Assembly: GCA_902500125.1 (NCBI GenBank)
Contig: GCA_902500125.1_4132.1
DNA: 64,000 bases
Reading direction: 5' to 3' (one strand)
From: Escherichia coli
Lineage (GTDB): Bacteria; Pseudomonadota; Gammaproteobacteria; Enterobacterales; Enterobacteriaceae
This document shows, piece after piece, positions 1 to 9,188 of the stretch; position 1 is the stretch's first letter, and every line of letters starts with the position of its first letter. A program made the translations under genes and the position numbers. Under the pieces are notes generated by a model that made no database searches, had not been told where the DNA came from, and saw only the letters and a program-made list of their open reading frames with translations.

Positions 1-168
1 GGTTATAAGAAAGAAGTACAGAAGATTGATGTATTTGTTCGTGCATTAAGTCCAACACATGCACTATTTAAATTGTTTGATGAAGTAACTAAGTACAACA
101 CACCAAAAACACAACGCTATATTGAAACAGTACATAGTGTAATACTCACTGAATATGATGGAGAATGA
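1..168 (+). CDS. hypothetical protein, 3' end (partial)
   Basis: Open frame from window start to TGA at 166-168; next gene's RBS follows immediately. Confidence 0.5.
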   Translation, partial: GYKKEVQKIDVFVRALSPTHALFKLFDEVTKYNTPKTQRYIETVHSVILTEYDGE

Positions 169-171
169 CAA

Positions 172-390
172 ATGAATTTATATCTAGTTGAAGGGTCAGT
201 ACAAGTATCCAAGCAAGACGGAGAAGGGTATCGTTTTTCACATGTAGAATATTTTAAGTACGTAGTAAAGGCCGATGGTCAGTACGACGCAGAAATTCAG
301 GTTGAAGAATCATTCCGTAAGAAGAATGATATTGGTAAATTTGAATACCAAGACTTACAATTCACTGTATGGCCTAGCATTAATGACTAA
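172..390 (+). CDS. hypothetical protein (72 aa)
   Basis: ORF track; ATG preceded by GGAGAATGAC purine-rich stretch. Confidence 0.5.
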   Translation: MNLYLVEGSVQVSKQDGEGYRFSHVEYFKYVVKADGQYDAEIQVEESFRKKNDIGKFEYQDLQFTVWPSIND

Positions 391-595
391 GATGTGGTGG
401 TGTCATGGTGTCTACAATGTCTATGAATATGGTAGATTCAAAATGAGCAGCACCTATGCCAGACGTGTTAATGCGAAAAACCAAGTTGATGCTGCTTGTG
501 AGATTGTAGAGTGGTATGCAGAGTTCAATGCAATTGATTTTATGTACGAAATAGTTACAATAAATGTTGTACAAATTGACACGTCTTTGATATAA
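383..595 (+). CDS. hypothetical protein (~70 aa)
   Basis: Internal Met of ORF 275..595 just upstream of the preceding stop (overlapping); no clear SD. Confidence 0.35.
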   Translation: MTKMWWCHGVYNVYEYGRFKMSSTYARRVNAKNQVDAACEIVEWYAEFNAIDFMYEIVTINVVQIDTSLI

Positions 596-629
596 TAACT
601 GTATCAAAACAACCGCAACTGAGGATACT

Positions 630-1292
630 ATGTTAGTTAATCTTAATTTCATCACTTCTCCTGATTGGGCATTGCGTGGTGTTTCTTTGAACTTTAAAGA
701 AACTAATTTCGACTACATTGGTGATTGTACTTTAGTTAATGCTACATTTGATCCTCATCATCCTTTTTGGGCTGAAATTCATGATCCTAATGTAAACAAT
801 AGTACATCTGTTATGACTATTGTACAGACGAAACATACAGGTATCCTCGCAGGTTACAGACCAGGACATGCGATTGAACACTTCACTGATTATGATGTAG
901 TAGATGAGTATCCAATGATCCATGAAGATGGAAGTTTATACACGTCAGAAGACTTCCGTGCTATCTTTAATAGTACTGATGACATTCTACCAAGTGGTCG
1001 TCCACGCCCTGAGTCTTATCTTATGCACTCGTCTTATGGTGTAGCAGATACGCTTGAACAGATTTTGACGAAGTACAAGAACCTTATTGAAGGTCCTGAA
1101 GAAATTGTCATGTGCTATCATCCAGTACTGAAGTCTGACCAACCAGAGAGTGGTGGGTGGCGTTGGCATAAGAATGGTGAGTACATCGGTACTAAGCGTA
1201 GTAAAGAACGCTTTGAGTACTTGTATGATGAGCCAGATGTTGAGGTTGTTTTATGTTATAATTTTCTTAAGGTGAAAAAGAAATGTATCTAG
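630..1292 (+). CDS. hypothetical protein (220 aa)
   Basis: ORF track; RBS-like GAGGATACTATG. Confidence 0.6.
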   Translation: MLVNLNFITSPDWALRGVSLNFKETNFDYIGDCTLVNATFDPHHPFWAEIHDPNVNNSTSVMTIVQTKHTGILAGYRPGHAIEHFTDYDVVDEYPMIHEDGSLYTSEDFRAIFNSTDDILPSGRPRPESYLMHSSYGVADTLEQILTKYKNLIEGPEEIVMCYHPVLKSDQPESGGWRWHKNGEYIGTKRSKERFEYLYDEPDVEVVLCYNFLKVKKKCI

Positions 1293-1525
1293 TATTGAGT
1301 TTTGTAGTTGCATTATTGTTTATGTTCTACCCTACACTAGTAGCAGTAGCCACTAAACGAAAGCTGGTGGATATCACTACTGTATTCTTGCTAAACGTGG
1401 CACTCGTTCTAGTGTCTATTATCATTCCCGTGAGCTTTACGGTTATTGATATTATTTCGGTATTACTCTTCGTGTTAAGTTATCTTATGCTTATTGAAGA
1501 AACAAATGTTGACAAACGTTCGTAG
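1283..1525 (+). CDS. small membrane protein (80 aa, hydrophobic)
   Basis: ORF track; two or three hydrophobic helices. Confidence 0.5.
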   Translation: MYLVLSFVVALLFMFYPTLVAVATKRKLVDITTVFLLNVALVLVSIIIPVSFTVIDIISVLLFVLSYLMLIEETNVDKRS

Positions 1526-1582
1526 TACTGTATAATGGTTCCTGTAGTCTGAAACTTAACACTTAAACTTGAGGTAAAAAAT

Positions 1583-1909
1583 ATGCTATCAGTACTAATT
1601 TCAATTCCGTCTTTAATTCTGATTTGGCTTCTGGTTTACGAATGCTTTATTACTGATGATAATGATAAAAAAGAGTTCTCTGAGTTGTTTATGCTTGATT
1701 CACCGATTGTGCGTATTTTCTATACAGTCGTTGTGGTTTCAGTAATTGTATGGGTTTTGAGTTTTATCTTCCCACTCGGTGCAGTAGTTAAAACTTTGGA
1801 TTTAGTTGAGAACTTTGTTGCAATTATGTGGCTAATCAAAGCACTATTTGCAGGAAATGTTAAAATTTGGATTGATATTATCAAATTCAAGTTCACGAAT
1901 AAGATGTAA
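1583..1909 (+). CDS. membrane protein (108 aa)
   Basis: ORF track; RBS TGAGGTAAAAAATATG; hydrophobic segments. Confidence 0.6.
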   Translation: MLSVLISIPSLILIWLLVYECFITDDNDKKEFSELFMLDSPIVRIFYTVVVVSVIVWVLSFIFPLGAVVKTLDLVENFVAIMWLIKALFAGNVKIWIDIIKFKFTNKM

Positions 1910-1987
1910 CAGTGAAAATATCTCTATAGTATTAAATACTTCTGTACATATATATAGTACAGAAGTATTTCTCGTTAGAGGTTTGTT

Positions 1988-2347
1988 ATGAAGAGTTATA
2001 TAAAATTAATAGCACTTGTGTGTGCATTATTTTCATGTTTTAGTTATGGTGCAGCAGCAGAAACATATTGTCGTAGTACTAAGGGAACGTGGCATGTATT
2101 GACTAACGACCCTAGAAATGGTAAAAATATAGTTGTTGATGGTGTGATTTATCGTTTTAAAGTAGCAAGTATTATCGGTAATAAAAAAATCTCGACTTAT
2201 AGAGATGATTCTGGTACATTAGCAAACGTAATATTAATTGTAGACCCAAGAACTGGTAATGGTGATATCTATATAGTAATTTACTTGGACTCATCGGTAC
2301 GCCGTGACCTAGATATAGATAAATTGAACTTACACTGTGAAATATAG
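1988..2347 (+). CDS. secreted/periplasmic small protein (N-terminal signal peptide)
   Basis: MKSYIKLIALVCALFSCFSYGAAAE signal-like N-terminus; RBS GAGGTTTGTTATG. Confidence 0.6.
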   Translation: MKSYIKLIALVCALFSCFSYGAAAETYCRSTKGTWHVLTNDPRNGKNIVVDGVIYRFKVASIIGNKKISTYRDDSGTLANVILIVDPRTGNGDIYIVIYLDSSVRRDLDIDKLNLHCEI

Positions 2348-2358
2348 GACTTAAAAAA

Positions 2359-2736
2359 ATGGTAAACACTATTTTACTTTTGTTGTTGAATATTCCAATT
2401 ATTCTGTCTTTTTTAATTTCTATTTTTATGGCAGGATATTGTTTAGTTGCAGTAATTCATTTCATTTTAACAAACAAATATGTCCTAATTTCTAAGCTTG
2501 ATTCTATTTTTGCTTGCGATTCGATTGCTTATAACTTGTGGTTAATTTGTTCTTGCATTATGGGAGTAACTTTCCTTCTGTATGTATTTGATGTCCTTGA
2601 CCAAAAGTTCGTATATATCAGTACTGGATTGGCTCTTTATCCTGCTACGTGGTACTTGATTTACGTTGGTGATATATGGTATAGTACTTATAAAGAATAT
2701 CAGTACAAGAAATCACTTAACGTTGGAGGAAAATAA
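2359..2736 (+). CDS. membrane protein (125 aa)
   Basis: ORF track; multiple hydrophobic helices. Confidence 0.55.
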   Translation: MVNTILLLLLNIPIILSFLISIFMAGYCLVAVIHFILTNKYVLISKLDSIFACDSIAYNLWLICSCIMGVTFLLYVFDVLDQKFVYISTGLALYPATWYLIYVGDIWYSTYKEYQYKKSLNVGGK

Positions 2737-2738
2737 TC

Positions 2739-3089
2739 ATGAAAATTATTTTATTTTTTGTATGTATGTTAATGTGTGGATTGTCATATGCTGAACCATT
2801 GGAAGGTTTAGTTTGTACAGATGGTAATATTAAACATATCTATCAAGGTGATAGTGACGATCGAGATATTGTATATATTGATGGACAATCATATACGTTT
2901 GTTAAAGAGCATACAGTAGGCGACATTAGCTTCACTGAGTTTTCTAACGACACAGACCCTAACTTCTTAGCGTTTATTGAAGTAGATGTATATGAAGATA
3001 GTAATGGTACACAATATGCTAAATTAGTTATGATGCGTCGTGGTGCTAAAGAAACTAGTTTTGGTGGCTTGTGTAAATATAAGGATTGA
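2739..3089 (+). CDS. secreted small protein (signal peptide)
   Basis: MKIILFFVCMLMCGLSYAEP signal-like start; RBS GGAGGAAAATAATCATG. Confidence 0.6.
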   Translation: MKIILFFVCMLMCGLSYAEPLEGLVCTDGNIKHIYQGDSDDRDIVYIDGQSYTFVKEHTVGDISFTEFSNDTDPNFLAFIEVDVYEDSNGTQYAKLVMMRRGAKETSFGGLCKYKD

Positions 3090-3093
3090 TATT

Positions 3094-3285
3094 ATGTTGA
3101 TTTATCAAAGTGATAATATTCGTGTTATGCAGCATCCCTACTTACAAATCTTTGATGTGCAGCAGTATATGGAAGGTGATGACCCAAGAACCTATGGTCG
3201 TAAGTATGATTACTTCACTGTAAAGCAGTGTAATAATATTAACGAAGTACGACAATTAGTTCAAGAACTTCAAAACAAAGGTTGA
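3094..3285 (+). CDS. hypothetical protein (63 aa)
   Basis: Internal Met of ORF 3040..3285 with RBS AAGGATTGATATTATG. Confidence 0.5.
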   Translation: MLIYQSDNIRVMQHPYLQIFDVQQYMEGDDPRTYGRKYDYFTVKQCNNINEVRQLVQELQNKG

Positions 3286-3305
3286 CTTCGGTCAGCCTTT
3301 TTTGT
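3277..3305 (+). terminator. rho-independent terminator, class T1 (GGTTGAC-TTCG-GTCAGCC + T-tract); also carries promoter-like TTGACT..TATAAT
   Basis: Hairpin with UUCG loop followed by TTTTTTG; same element repeated five times in 3-14 kb. Confidence 0.7.
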
Positions 3306-3339
3306 TATAATTCTCTTAATAAATTAGAGGATTTTAATT

Positions 3340-3780
3340 ATGTATGTATATCGTTTTGAACTTAAATTTAGTTACATTGAACCTAACTTAGATCCTGCAC
3401 GAACTGTAGGTCCGTTTGCACGGTATTCAACCAGATACAGTACTAAAAATGGATTTGACCGTTTGCTTATGACTACACCTTCTCAATTCCAACCTGAACC
3501 AACTGAGGATGGGATCTATTCAATCAAAAGTGGATGGGTATTTGGCTGTCAAAGTTTGAAAGATTTGTTCAGATTCTTCACTATGGACTTAGGTAAATTG
3601 CATCGTGCTGGGTTTGCTATATCTGTATATGAAGTTCCAGACCACCATGTAGACATTGGTCGTAATCAGGTTCAGTACTATTGCGGTAGTGCTAAATTAG
3701 TTCGTATCATGTCAGTTAAGGAAGCAAAGGATGAGTTCCGACAAAGTAAAAGAGAAACACATGAGGTAATATATGGATAA
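3340..3780 (+). CDS. hypothetical protein (146 aa)
   Basis: ORF track; RBS AGAGGATTTTAATTATG. Confidence 0.6.
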   Translation: MYVYRFELKFSYIEPNLDPARTVGPFARYSTRYSTKNGFDRLLMTTPSQFQPEPTEDGIYSIKSGWVFGCQSLKDLFRFFTMDLGKLHRAGFAISVYEVPDHHVDIGRNQVQYYCGSAKLVRIMSVKEAKDEFRQSKRETHEVIYG

Positions 3781-4117
3781 AACTCAAATAGAATTAAAGA
3801 AATTTGTTTCATTCTATCTTCCTGATGACCCACGTAATTCACAAAAAGATATTGAATATTATAATATCCTATCTAAACAGTTAATGAGAAAGTTTCAACA
3901 GTGTTTAACTATATTCAATACAGATGGAAGACGTAGATACCGAATCGTTTCAATGAATGATGAAAACGCAAATTTCTTTGATTACGATGTAGTTTTTAGA
4001 GCATATAATGATGATCGTATAAAATTAAATTATGATCAAATTATACTTGACCTGAATGTTATATGTGTTATAATCACTCACGTAGCCGAACTTAATGGTT
4101 TTAAAGAATGGTATTGA
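3773..4117 (+). CDS. hypothetical protein (114 aa)
   Basis: ORF track; overlaps the upstream stop (coupled). Confidence 0.55.
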   Translation: MDKTQIELKKFVSFYLPDDPRNSQKDIEYYNILSKQLMRKFQQCLTIFNTDGRRRYRIVSMNDENANFFDYDVVFRAYNDDRIKLNYDQIILDLNVICVIITHVAELNGFKEWY

Positions 4118-4131
4118 ATAGAGGATAACAT

Positions 4132-4398
4132 ATGAAGCTTAAATTACAATATAATGGATTTACTTTACGTAATGATACTGAATTTATTAATCGTTCTCCT
4201 GGTGCTGAACTGTTTTTACGAGAGATGAACATTCCTTTCATCATTACTACAGTGGGCGACCGTGAAGTTCTACAATATGCAGAGCATCCGATTATTGATG
4301 TTCCTTGGTACTCTGAGCATATGTACATGGATATGGCACGTCGCTACAACTGTAAGTTCGTAGTTGAAGGTGATAAAATTACAGTCGAATTTAAATAA
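4132..4398 (+). CDS. hypothetical protein (88 aa)
   Basis: ORF track; RBS AGAGGATAACATATG. Confidence 0.55.
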   Translation: MKLKLQYNGFTLRNDTEFINRSPGAELFLREMNIPFIITTVGDREVLQYAEHPIIDVPWYSEHMYMDMARRYNCKFVVEGDKITVEFK

Positions 4399-4409
4399 GG
4401 TAAATTAAA

Positions 4410-4703
4410 ATGATCAGTACTTCAGTTAATGAAAGCATCGTCGCTGACGTAGAAATGGTTAAAGAATGTGCAGATGAAACTCTTCGTGATATGTACATTA
4501 ATGATTTAATTACTGAATACGGTAGTCGTGGTGTACACGAATTTATTCGTTTAAGTGGAGAGTTGATGAAAAATCGAATTCGTATGAAGCTTAACGTACA
4601 TCCAAAAGCATGGGCATTTACATTAAAATACGCAGAAGATATTGTGAATTTGCGTCGAACTGAAGTATATGAACGTTTACACAATGGTATGTTAGATAAA
4701 TGA
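4410..4703 (+). CDS. hypothetical protein (97 aa)
   Basis: ORF track; RBS AAGGTAAATTAAAATG. Confidence 0.55.
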   Translation: MISTSVNESIVADVEMVKECADETLRDMYINDLITEYGSRGVHEFIRLSGELMKNRIRMKLNVHPKAWAFTLKYAEDIVNLRRTEVYERLHNGMLDK

Positions 4704-4713
4704 TTGTAAAATA

Positions 4714-4740
4714 GGAATTCTTAAATGAATTCCTTTTTGT
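4714..4740 (+). terminator. rho-independent terminator (AGGAATTC-TTAAAT-GAATTCCT + TTTTT)
   Basis: Perfect 8-bp stem followed by a T5 run. Confidence 0.65.
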
Positions 4741-4755
4741 TTATAAGGTATAGTA

Positions 4756-4977
4756 ATGAAATATATAGTACTTGTACTGATATTATTCAGTACTGTTGTA
4801 AGTGCTAAACAAAAAGAATATATTAAATGTATAAATTATGAAGAGAAATATGTTGAAACATATAAAAAAAGTATAATTAAAAACGTTTCGATTACTAACA
4901 GAGCAACAATCATTGTACTTAAAAATGGGTTAATTATGCTATATAAACCACACGTTAAATGTGAAATTATTAATTGA
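4756..4977 (+). CDS. secreted small protein (signal peptide)
   Basis: MKYIVLVLILFSTVVSA signal-like N-terminus. Confidence 0.55.
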   Translation: MKYIVLVLILFSTVVSAKQKEYIKCINYEEKYVETYKKSIIKNVSITNRATIIVLKNGLIMLYKPHVKCEIIN

Positions 4978-4984
4978 GGAAATT

Positions 4985-5557
4985 ATGAATCGTAAAGGTC
5001 GTTTTAAAGTATCAAAAAAGAACAAAAGTTCTAGGTTTAAACCTATTGTTTTAACAGTTAAATCTAACAAAGATTTAACTGCACTTAGTAAAAAGATAAT
5101 TTCATCTAAGATTGAAGTATCATACGTAAATTCATTAAAATATATGAATGTCAAACCACTGGACCAACTCATTTCACTTATATTTGAACGTAATGATTTT
5201 GAGATATCAGTAGATGATTATAGAGCCTATAATGCTGGTTTCATTAATGTTACTTGTAATAAAAAACTAACTGAGTTGGAAAATTTGTCATGTATAATAA
5301 ATCTAGATAAAGGTGTTGTGAAGTACCATTTTGTACATTTCACTAATATCAATAATGGAATGGGTGTACAATCCAGACCTATAGTGCCTACGTGTGATGT
5401 TACTAAATTAGCAAAGCTCAATGATGAAGAATATTTTCAAGAAAGCATTGTAACTGAGCATTTAGATGATATAATAGCTACTTACAAAGAATGCATATGG
5501 GTGTTGAATGCTATAAAACCTAAATTGTGTTTAATGAATATTGTTCGTGATTTATGA
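4985..5557 (+). CDS. hypothetical protein; distant member of the EEYFQxS[LI] family (array 3)
   Basis: Internal Met with RBS TTGAGGAAATTATG; contains LNDEEYFQESIV motif shared with the 59-63.7 kb paralogs. Confidence 0.55.
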   Translation: MNRKGRFKVSKKNKSSRFKPIVLTVKSNKDLTALSKKIISSKIEVSYVNSLKYMNVKPLDQLISLIFERNDFEISVDDYRAYNAGFINVTCNKKLTELENLSCIINLDKGVVKYHFVHFTNINNGMGVQSRPIVPTCDVTKLAKLNDEEYFQESIVTEHLDDIIATYKECIWVLNAIKPKLCLMNIVRDL

Positions 5558-5570
5558 ATGGGGAATCGTA

Positions 5571-6014
5571 ATGAGTTGGGTAAATGTTAATAGTATTGAA
5601 CTTAACGAACAAGATATTTTTGCATTTGTAAATTTAACTAATAACACAGTACTAAAAGGGCGTTTGTTCAGTGCGAGTGATGGATATAAATGGATCTCTT
5701 TGATGGATGATAGTGGTGTGATTTATAATGTAATGCAATTACCCCAATGGGTATATAGTAACACTGCCGACGATGTTCTTGCCGCAGTTATGCGTGAGTT
5801 TGAAAAACTCCCAGGTGGTGATATCAAAAACAAAGTTTTTAATGCAGAACGGAAAAATTATACAGCACAGCAGTTGGAATCCCTTGCCATTGCTGCTTAT
5901 CAAGCTGCTATTAAGAAGCCAGAGTGCGTTATTCTTAAGTATGTACCAGACTTAAAACTTACGTTGGAAGACATGGATGCATTCATTTTTACATCTGAAC
6001 TTGATCAGTACTAA
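5571..6014 (+). CDS. hypothetical protein (~147 aa)
   Basis: Internal Met of ORF 5541..6014 with RBS GGGGAATCGTAATG. Confidence 0.5.
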   Translation: MSWVNVNSIELNEQDIFAFVNLTNNTVLKGRLFSASDGYKWISLMDDSGVIYNVMQLPQWVYSNTADDVLAAVMREFEKLPGGDIKNKVFNAERKNYTAQQLESLAIAAYQAAIKKPECVILKYVPDLKLTLEDMDAFIFTSELDQY

Positions 6015-6129
6015 TTTAACTTTGGGACAACCATTCTTATTATGATATAATGTTTTATGTCATTCGATATAAATGACAACGGAACTATAAATATTATAGT
6101 AAAATTTATCTCTTATAGGAGTTATAAAA

Positions 6130-6513
6130 ATGGTTGGTAAATGGAATAAGAAAGATCCATCACATGATGTTGATATTTCTGGTCTAGACAATGCACATAA
6201 GCACAAGTATCTAGATTCACTAGGTCTTCTAAAACCAGACCAAAGTCTTGCACATGATCGTCCATCCCGTGAAAAAGCATTTAGCCTAGAATCACTAGGC
6301 CATGAGCTTAATCGTGTGTTTGAGGATCACCCAATCTATGTACGTGATATTATCGAGAAACTTAAAGTAACTCCTAAAGAGCACTTTAAAGCAACTGTAC
6401 ACTCTGCATTCCGTGCATTACATGAATCTCTAAAGAAAACTCACAATCTTCGTAAAATTCATGATGAAATCGTGAATGCAATCGAAAGTGAAAAACATAA
6501 GTTCAAGAAGTAA
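6130..6513 (+). CDS. hypothetical protein (127 aa); N-terminus paralogous to 7859..9118
   Basis: RBS TAGGAGTTATAAAAATG; shares a KxKYLDSLGLL motif with the 419-aa gene. Confidence 0.6.
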   Translation: MVGKWNKKDPSHDVDISGLDNAHKHKYLDSLGLLKPDQSLAHDRPSREKAFSLESLGHELNRVFEDHPIYVRDIIEKLKVTPKEHFKATVHSAFRALHESLKKTHNLRKIHDEIVNAIESEKHKFKK

Positions 6514-6518
6514 TAAAA

Positions 6519-6545
6519 ATGGTTGACTAAGGTCAGCCCTTTGTT
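6519..6545 (+). terminator. rho-independent terminator, class T1 variant
   Basis: GGTTGAC-TAAG-GTCAGCC hairpin followed by CTTTGTTG. Confidence 0.55.
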
Positions 6546-6581
6546 GTATCATAACTTCTCAATATAACTGAGGTATCATAT

Positions 6582-6695
6582 ATGCAAGGTTTGAAATTTG
6601 TAGTTGCTGCCCTAATCGCTGCTGTTGTAGTGGGTACAGTATGTTATTCAATTGACACCTATATCAATACACCTAGTGTTGAACAAACCAAATAA
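6582..6695 (+). CDS. small hydrophobic peptide (37 aa)
   Basis: RBS ACTGAGGTATCATATATG; MQGLKFVVAALIAAVVVGTVCYSIDTYINTPSVEQTK; below the ORF-track cutoff. Confidence 0.3.
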   Translation: MQGLKFVVAALIAAVVVGTVCYSIDTYINTPSVEQTK

Positions 6696-6703
6696 GGGAT
6701 ATC

Positions 6704-6967
6704 ATGGCTGAAACATTATCACTATATGCGTTAGTACTGTTATTTGTCGGATTTCTTCCCGCACTCATTACAGCCATTCGTGTTGTTAAACATGAAGCTG
6801 CATTGATTGTATGTAGTATTGGGTCGAACATTCTATTGTATTTCTTTTTGACAAATACTATTGTACTGTTTGCTTTCTTTATCATGATTCTGTGGGTACT
6901 TGTAATTCTCGGATTCTTCATTTGGTCATTGGTTGATCCTAAGAAAAAATCAGGAGAAGTGAAATGA
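6704..6967 (+). CDS. membrane protein (87 aa)
   Basis: ORF track; RBS AAGGGATATCATG; hydrophobic. Confidence 0.55.
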   Translation: MAETLSLYALVLLFVGFLPALITAIRVVKHEAALIVCSIGSNILLYFFLTNTIVLFAFFIMILWVLVILGFFIWSLVDPKKKSGEVK

Positions 6968-7260
6968 AATTAATTATAGCAATGATAATGTGTTTGGCTT
7001 TCCCTGTACTGGCTACTCCTAATCTGGACTGCACACTGTTGCGTTCAGATGGTGACACACTTGAAATCAACACATATGAACTCTTTGGTCCAAGTGTAGT
7101 GGAGAATGAAACCACCTACAATTTCAAAGCTATTGACTTTGAAGGTAATGTTCCAGTACTAACTACAATGACTATTGACAAAACTACTTTACTCGGACGA
7201 ATCACCACACAACGCGGAGAAAGTAAAACATTCACAGCGAAAGCTGACTGTAACTACTAA
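6964..7260 (+). CDS. secreted small protein (signal peptide)
   Basis: MKLIIAMIMCLAFPVLATP signal-like start; ATGA overlap with the upstream gene. Confidence 0.6.
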   Translation: MKLIIAMIMCLAFPVLATPNLDCTLLRSDGDTLEINTYELFGPSVVENETTYNFKAIDFEGNVPVLTTMTIDKTTLLGRITTQRGESKTFTAKADCNY

Positions 7261-7282
7261 TGGTATAGTACAGTGAAAATAG

Positions 7283-7306
7283 GGTTGACTTCGGTCAACC
7301 TTTATA
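7283..7306 (+). terminator. rho-independent terminator, class T1
   Basis: GGGTTGAC-TTCG-GTCAACC followed by TTTAT. Confidence 0.6.
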
Positions 7307-7325
7307 TATAATGGAAGAAATAAAC

Positions 7326-7883
7326 ATGGAACGTTGGAAATTAATTCCTGATTATGACTATTCAATTTCTGATCATGGAAGAGTAAGAAACGAACAAACT
7401 GGATATATAAGTTGTGGATTTAAAAATAAAGATGGGTATGTGAAGGTCGATTTGTATCGCAATTCTGTGAAAAATAGAAAGGCGATTCATCGACTAGTAG
7501 CTGAAGCATTTTTACCACCACCCACACAGAAACAGTTACAGTGGGCGAGTAGAACAAAGAAAAAAGTTGTTCACATAAACCATAAAGATTGTAATAGAAG
7601 TAACAATCACTATTTGAATTTGGAATGGAACACAGCATCTGAAAACGTACTATATTCTTATTCACATGGTAACGCAACAACTAATCGTGGTGCTGCTGTG
7701 TTGACATGGGAAATTGTAAGAGAAATAAGAAAAGATTATAATGATAATTATAATGATGTGATAGAATATGCACGAGAAAATTGTAATAAATACCGTGTAT
7801 GTAAAAAAAACAATACGTCGTATTTTATACAATCAAACATGGATAGAGGATTAAAAATATGCCACAAGATAATGGGGATATGA
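7326..7883 (+). CDS. HNH homing endonuclease (NUMOD4 + HNH_3)
   Basis: MERWKLIPDYDYSISDHGRVRN (NUMOD4 motif) and HRLVAEAF...HINHKDCNRSNNHYLNLEWNTASEN (HNH motif). Confidence 0.85.
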   Translation: MERWKLIPDYDYSISDHGRVRNEQTGYISCGFKNKDGYVKVDLYRNSVKNRKAIHRLVAEAFLPPPTQKQLQWASRTKKKVVHINHKDCNRSNNHYLNLEWNTASENVLYSYSHGNATTNRGAAVLTWEIVREIRKDYNDNYNDVIEYARENCNKYRVCKKNNTSYFIQSNMDRGLKICHKIMGI

Positions 7884-9118
7884 AACATCGTAATGGTGGA
7901 CTAGTACAACACTCGGATAAATGGGCCGACCGAAATCGTCGCAAAAATAGTTATCAAGCAGGACAAGGTTCACGTGGTTCCAGAAACCAAGGAACGGGAC
8001 TTGCTGGTAAGGCAAACGCAGAAGCAGGTGAAGTTAAGAGTACTGAGAACATGACTGAGCTAGAAAAGCTACGTTATGTTAATTCATTGGGACTTCTTAA
8101 TGCTACACAAAAACAACGTCTAGCTGATATGGAACGTGAAGAAAAAGAAAAGTCTGCTCCTGCGAAAGAAGAACCAAAACAAGAAGCACCAAAGGCGGTT
8201 AACCCTGTCAAAGAACTGTCTGATAAGTTAGGTAAGATTTTTGCTAATAAACCACAACTTATCCAAGGTATTGTGAAAGAATTGCAATCTGTACCTAAAG
8301 AAGAATTAAAAGTCAAAGCACAAGCTGTACTTGATGCAATGAGTGGAAATACCAGTACTGAACCAACTGAAGTATTCAGTACTATAATGCGTGCACTTGA
8401 AGGTACGCAACAAGGTGATGTGCCTGCACAAGAGGAAGTAAGTCTTGAAAGCGTACTTAAAACATTTGATAGTATTGGTAAAGAAGACCGTGCTAATGCT
8501 CAACAAGTTAAGAATGTACTAGCTAAGTTAGAAAACCGTCTGGAAGGTAAAGACGATAAGATTAAATTAGTATCTGATGCAGTTAACGATGCACTTAAAT
8601 CTTATGTACAAGGTGAAAAGAGTCGTTTTGTAACTGCAATGGATGCTGCATTCAATACTATGAAAAAGTATGAAGCTGATCATGGTGAGAAGGTTACACG
8701 AGATGGTTATCTGATGCGTGATGATGAAGAAGGTGCAGTAGAACAGAATGATGTTCATTCAGACGAAGAAATTGATGACATGGAAGCTGAACTGTCACAA
8801 GACCGCCAAATGACTGAAAAATCCCATAACGAACTACAGAAATTAATGCAATGGGTTGCAGATGTTGGTGAAAAAGCTGGTGCTGATAAGAAGAGTATAA
8901 ACCGAAATCTTAGTTGGATTAAAGATAAAGTTGGTAACAACGCTCGTAAACTACAAAAAGCGTGGACTGATGTAGTGAATGGTGCTGTTGACATTGATGT
9001 TGAATCCGGTGAGGCATATGATTATGCATTGACTACACTTGATGACTCTTTCCGTGATTACGAAAATGGAAATGTAACTCCTTGGGAAAAGGATATCATG
9101 AGCAAATACGGTAAATGA
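7859..9118 (+). CDS. acidic, coiled-coil-rich protein (419 aa)
   Basis: ORF track; RBS AGGATTAAAAATATG; E/K/D-rich; N-terminal region paralogous to 6130..6513. Confidence 0.65.
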   Translation: MPQDNGDMKHRNGGLVQHSDKWADRNRRKNSYQAGQGSRGSRNQGTGLAGKANAEAGEVKSTENMTELEKLRYVNSLGLLNATQKQRLADMEREEKEKSAPAKEEPKQEAPKAVNPVKELSDKLGKIFANKPQLIQGIVKELQSVPKEELKVKAQAVLDAMSGNTSTEPTEVFSTIMRALEGTQQGDVPAQEEVSLESVLKTFDSIGKEDRANAQQVKNVLAKLENRLEGKDDKIKLVSDAVNDALKSYVQGEKSRFVTAMDAAFNTMKKYEADHGEKVTRDGYLMRDDEEGAVEQNDVHSDEEIDDMEAELSQDRQMTEKSHNELQKLMQWVADVGEKAGADKKSINRNLSWIKDKVGNNARKLQKAWTDVVNGAVDIDVESGEAYDYALTTLDDSFRDYENGNVTPWEKDIMSKYGK

Positions 9119-9127
9119 TAAAACAAA

Positions 9128-9152
9128 AGGTTGACTTCGGTCAGCCTTTTTT
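9128..9152 (+). terminator. rho-independent terminator, class T1
   Basis: AAGGTTGAC-TTCG-GTCAGCCTT followed by TTTTTG. Confidence 0.7.
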
Positions 9153-9188
9153 GTTATGATGTTGGTATTAACTACAGAGGATAAAGTA

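Noticed and set aside
380-1169. Minus-strand ORFs 380..655, 732..923 and 987..1169
   Set aside because: Antisense to better-supported plus-strand genes with RBSs. No start or RBS signals; AT-rich antisense frames.
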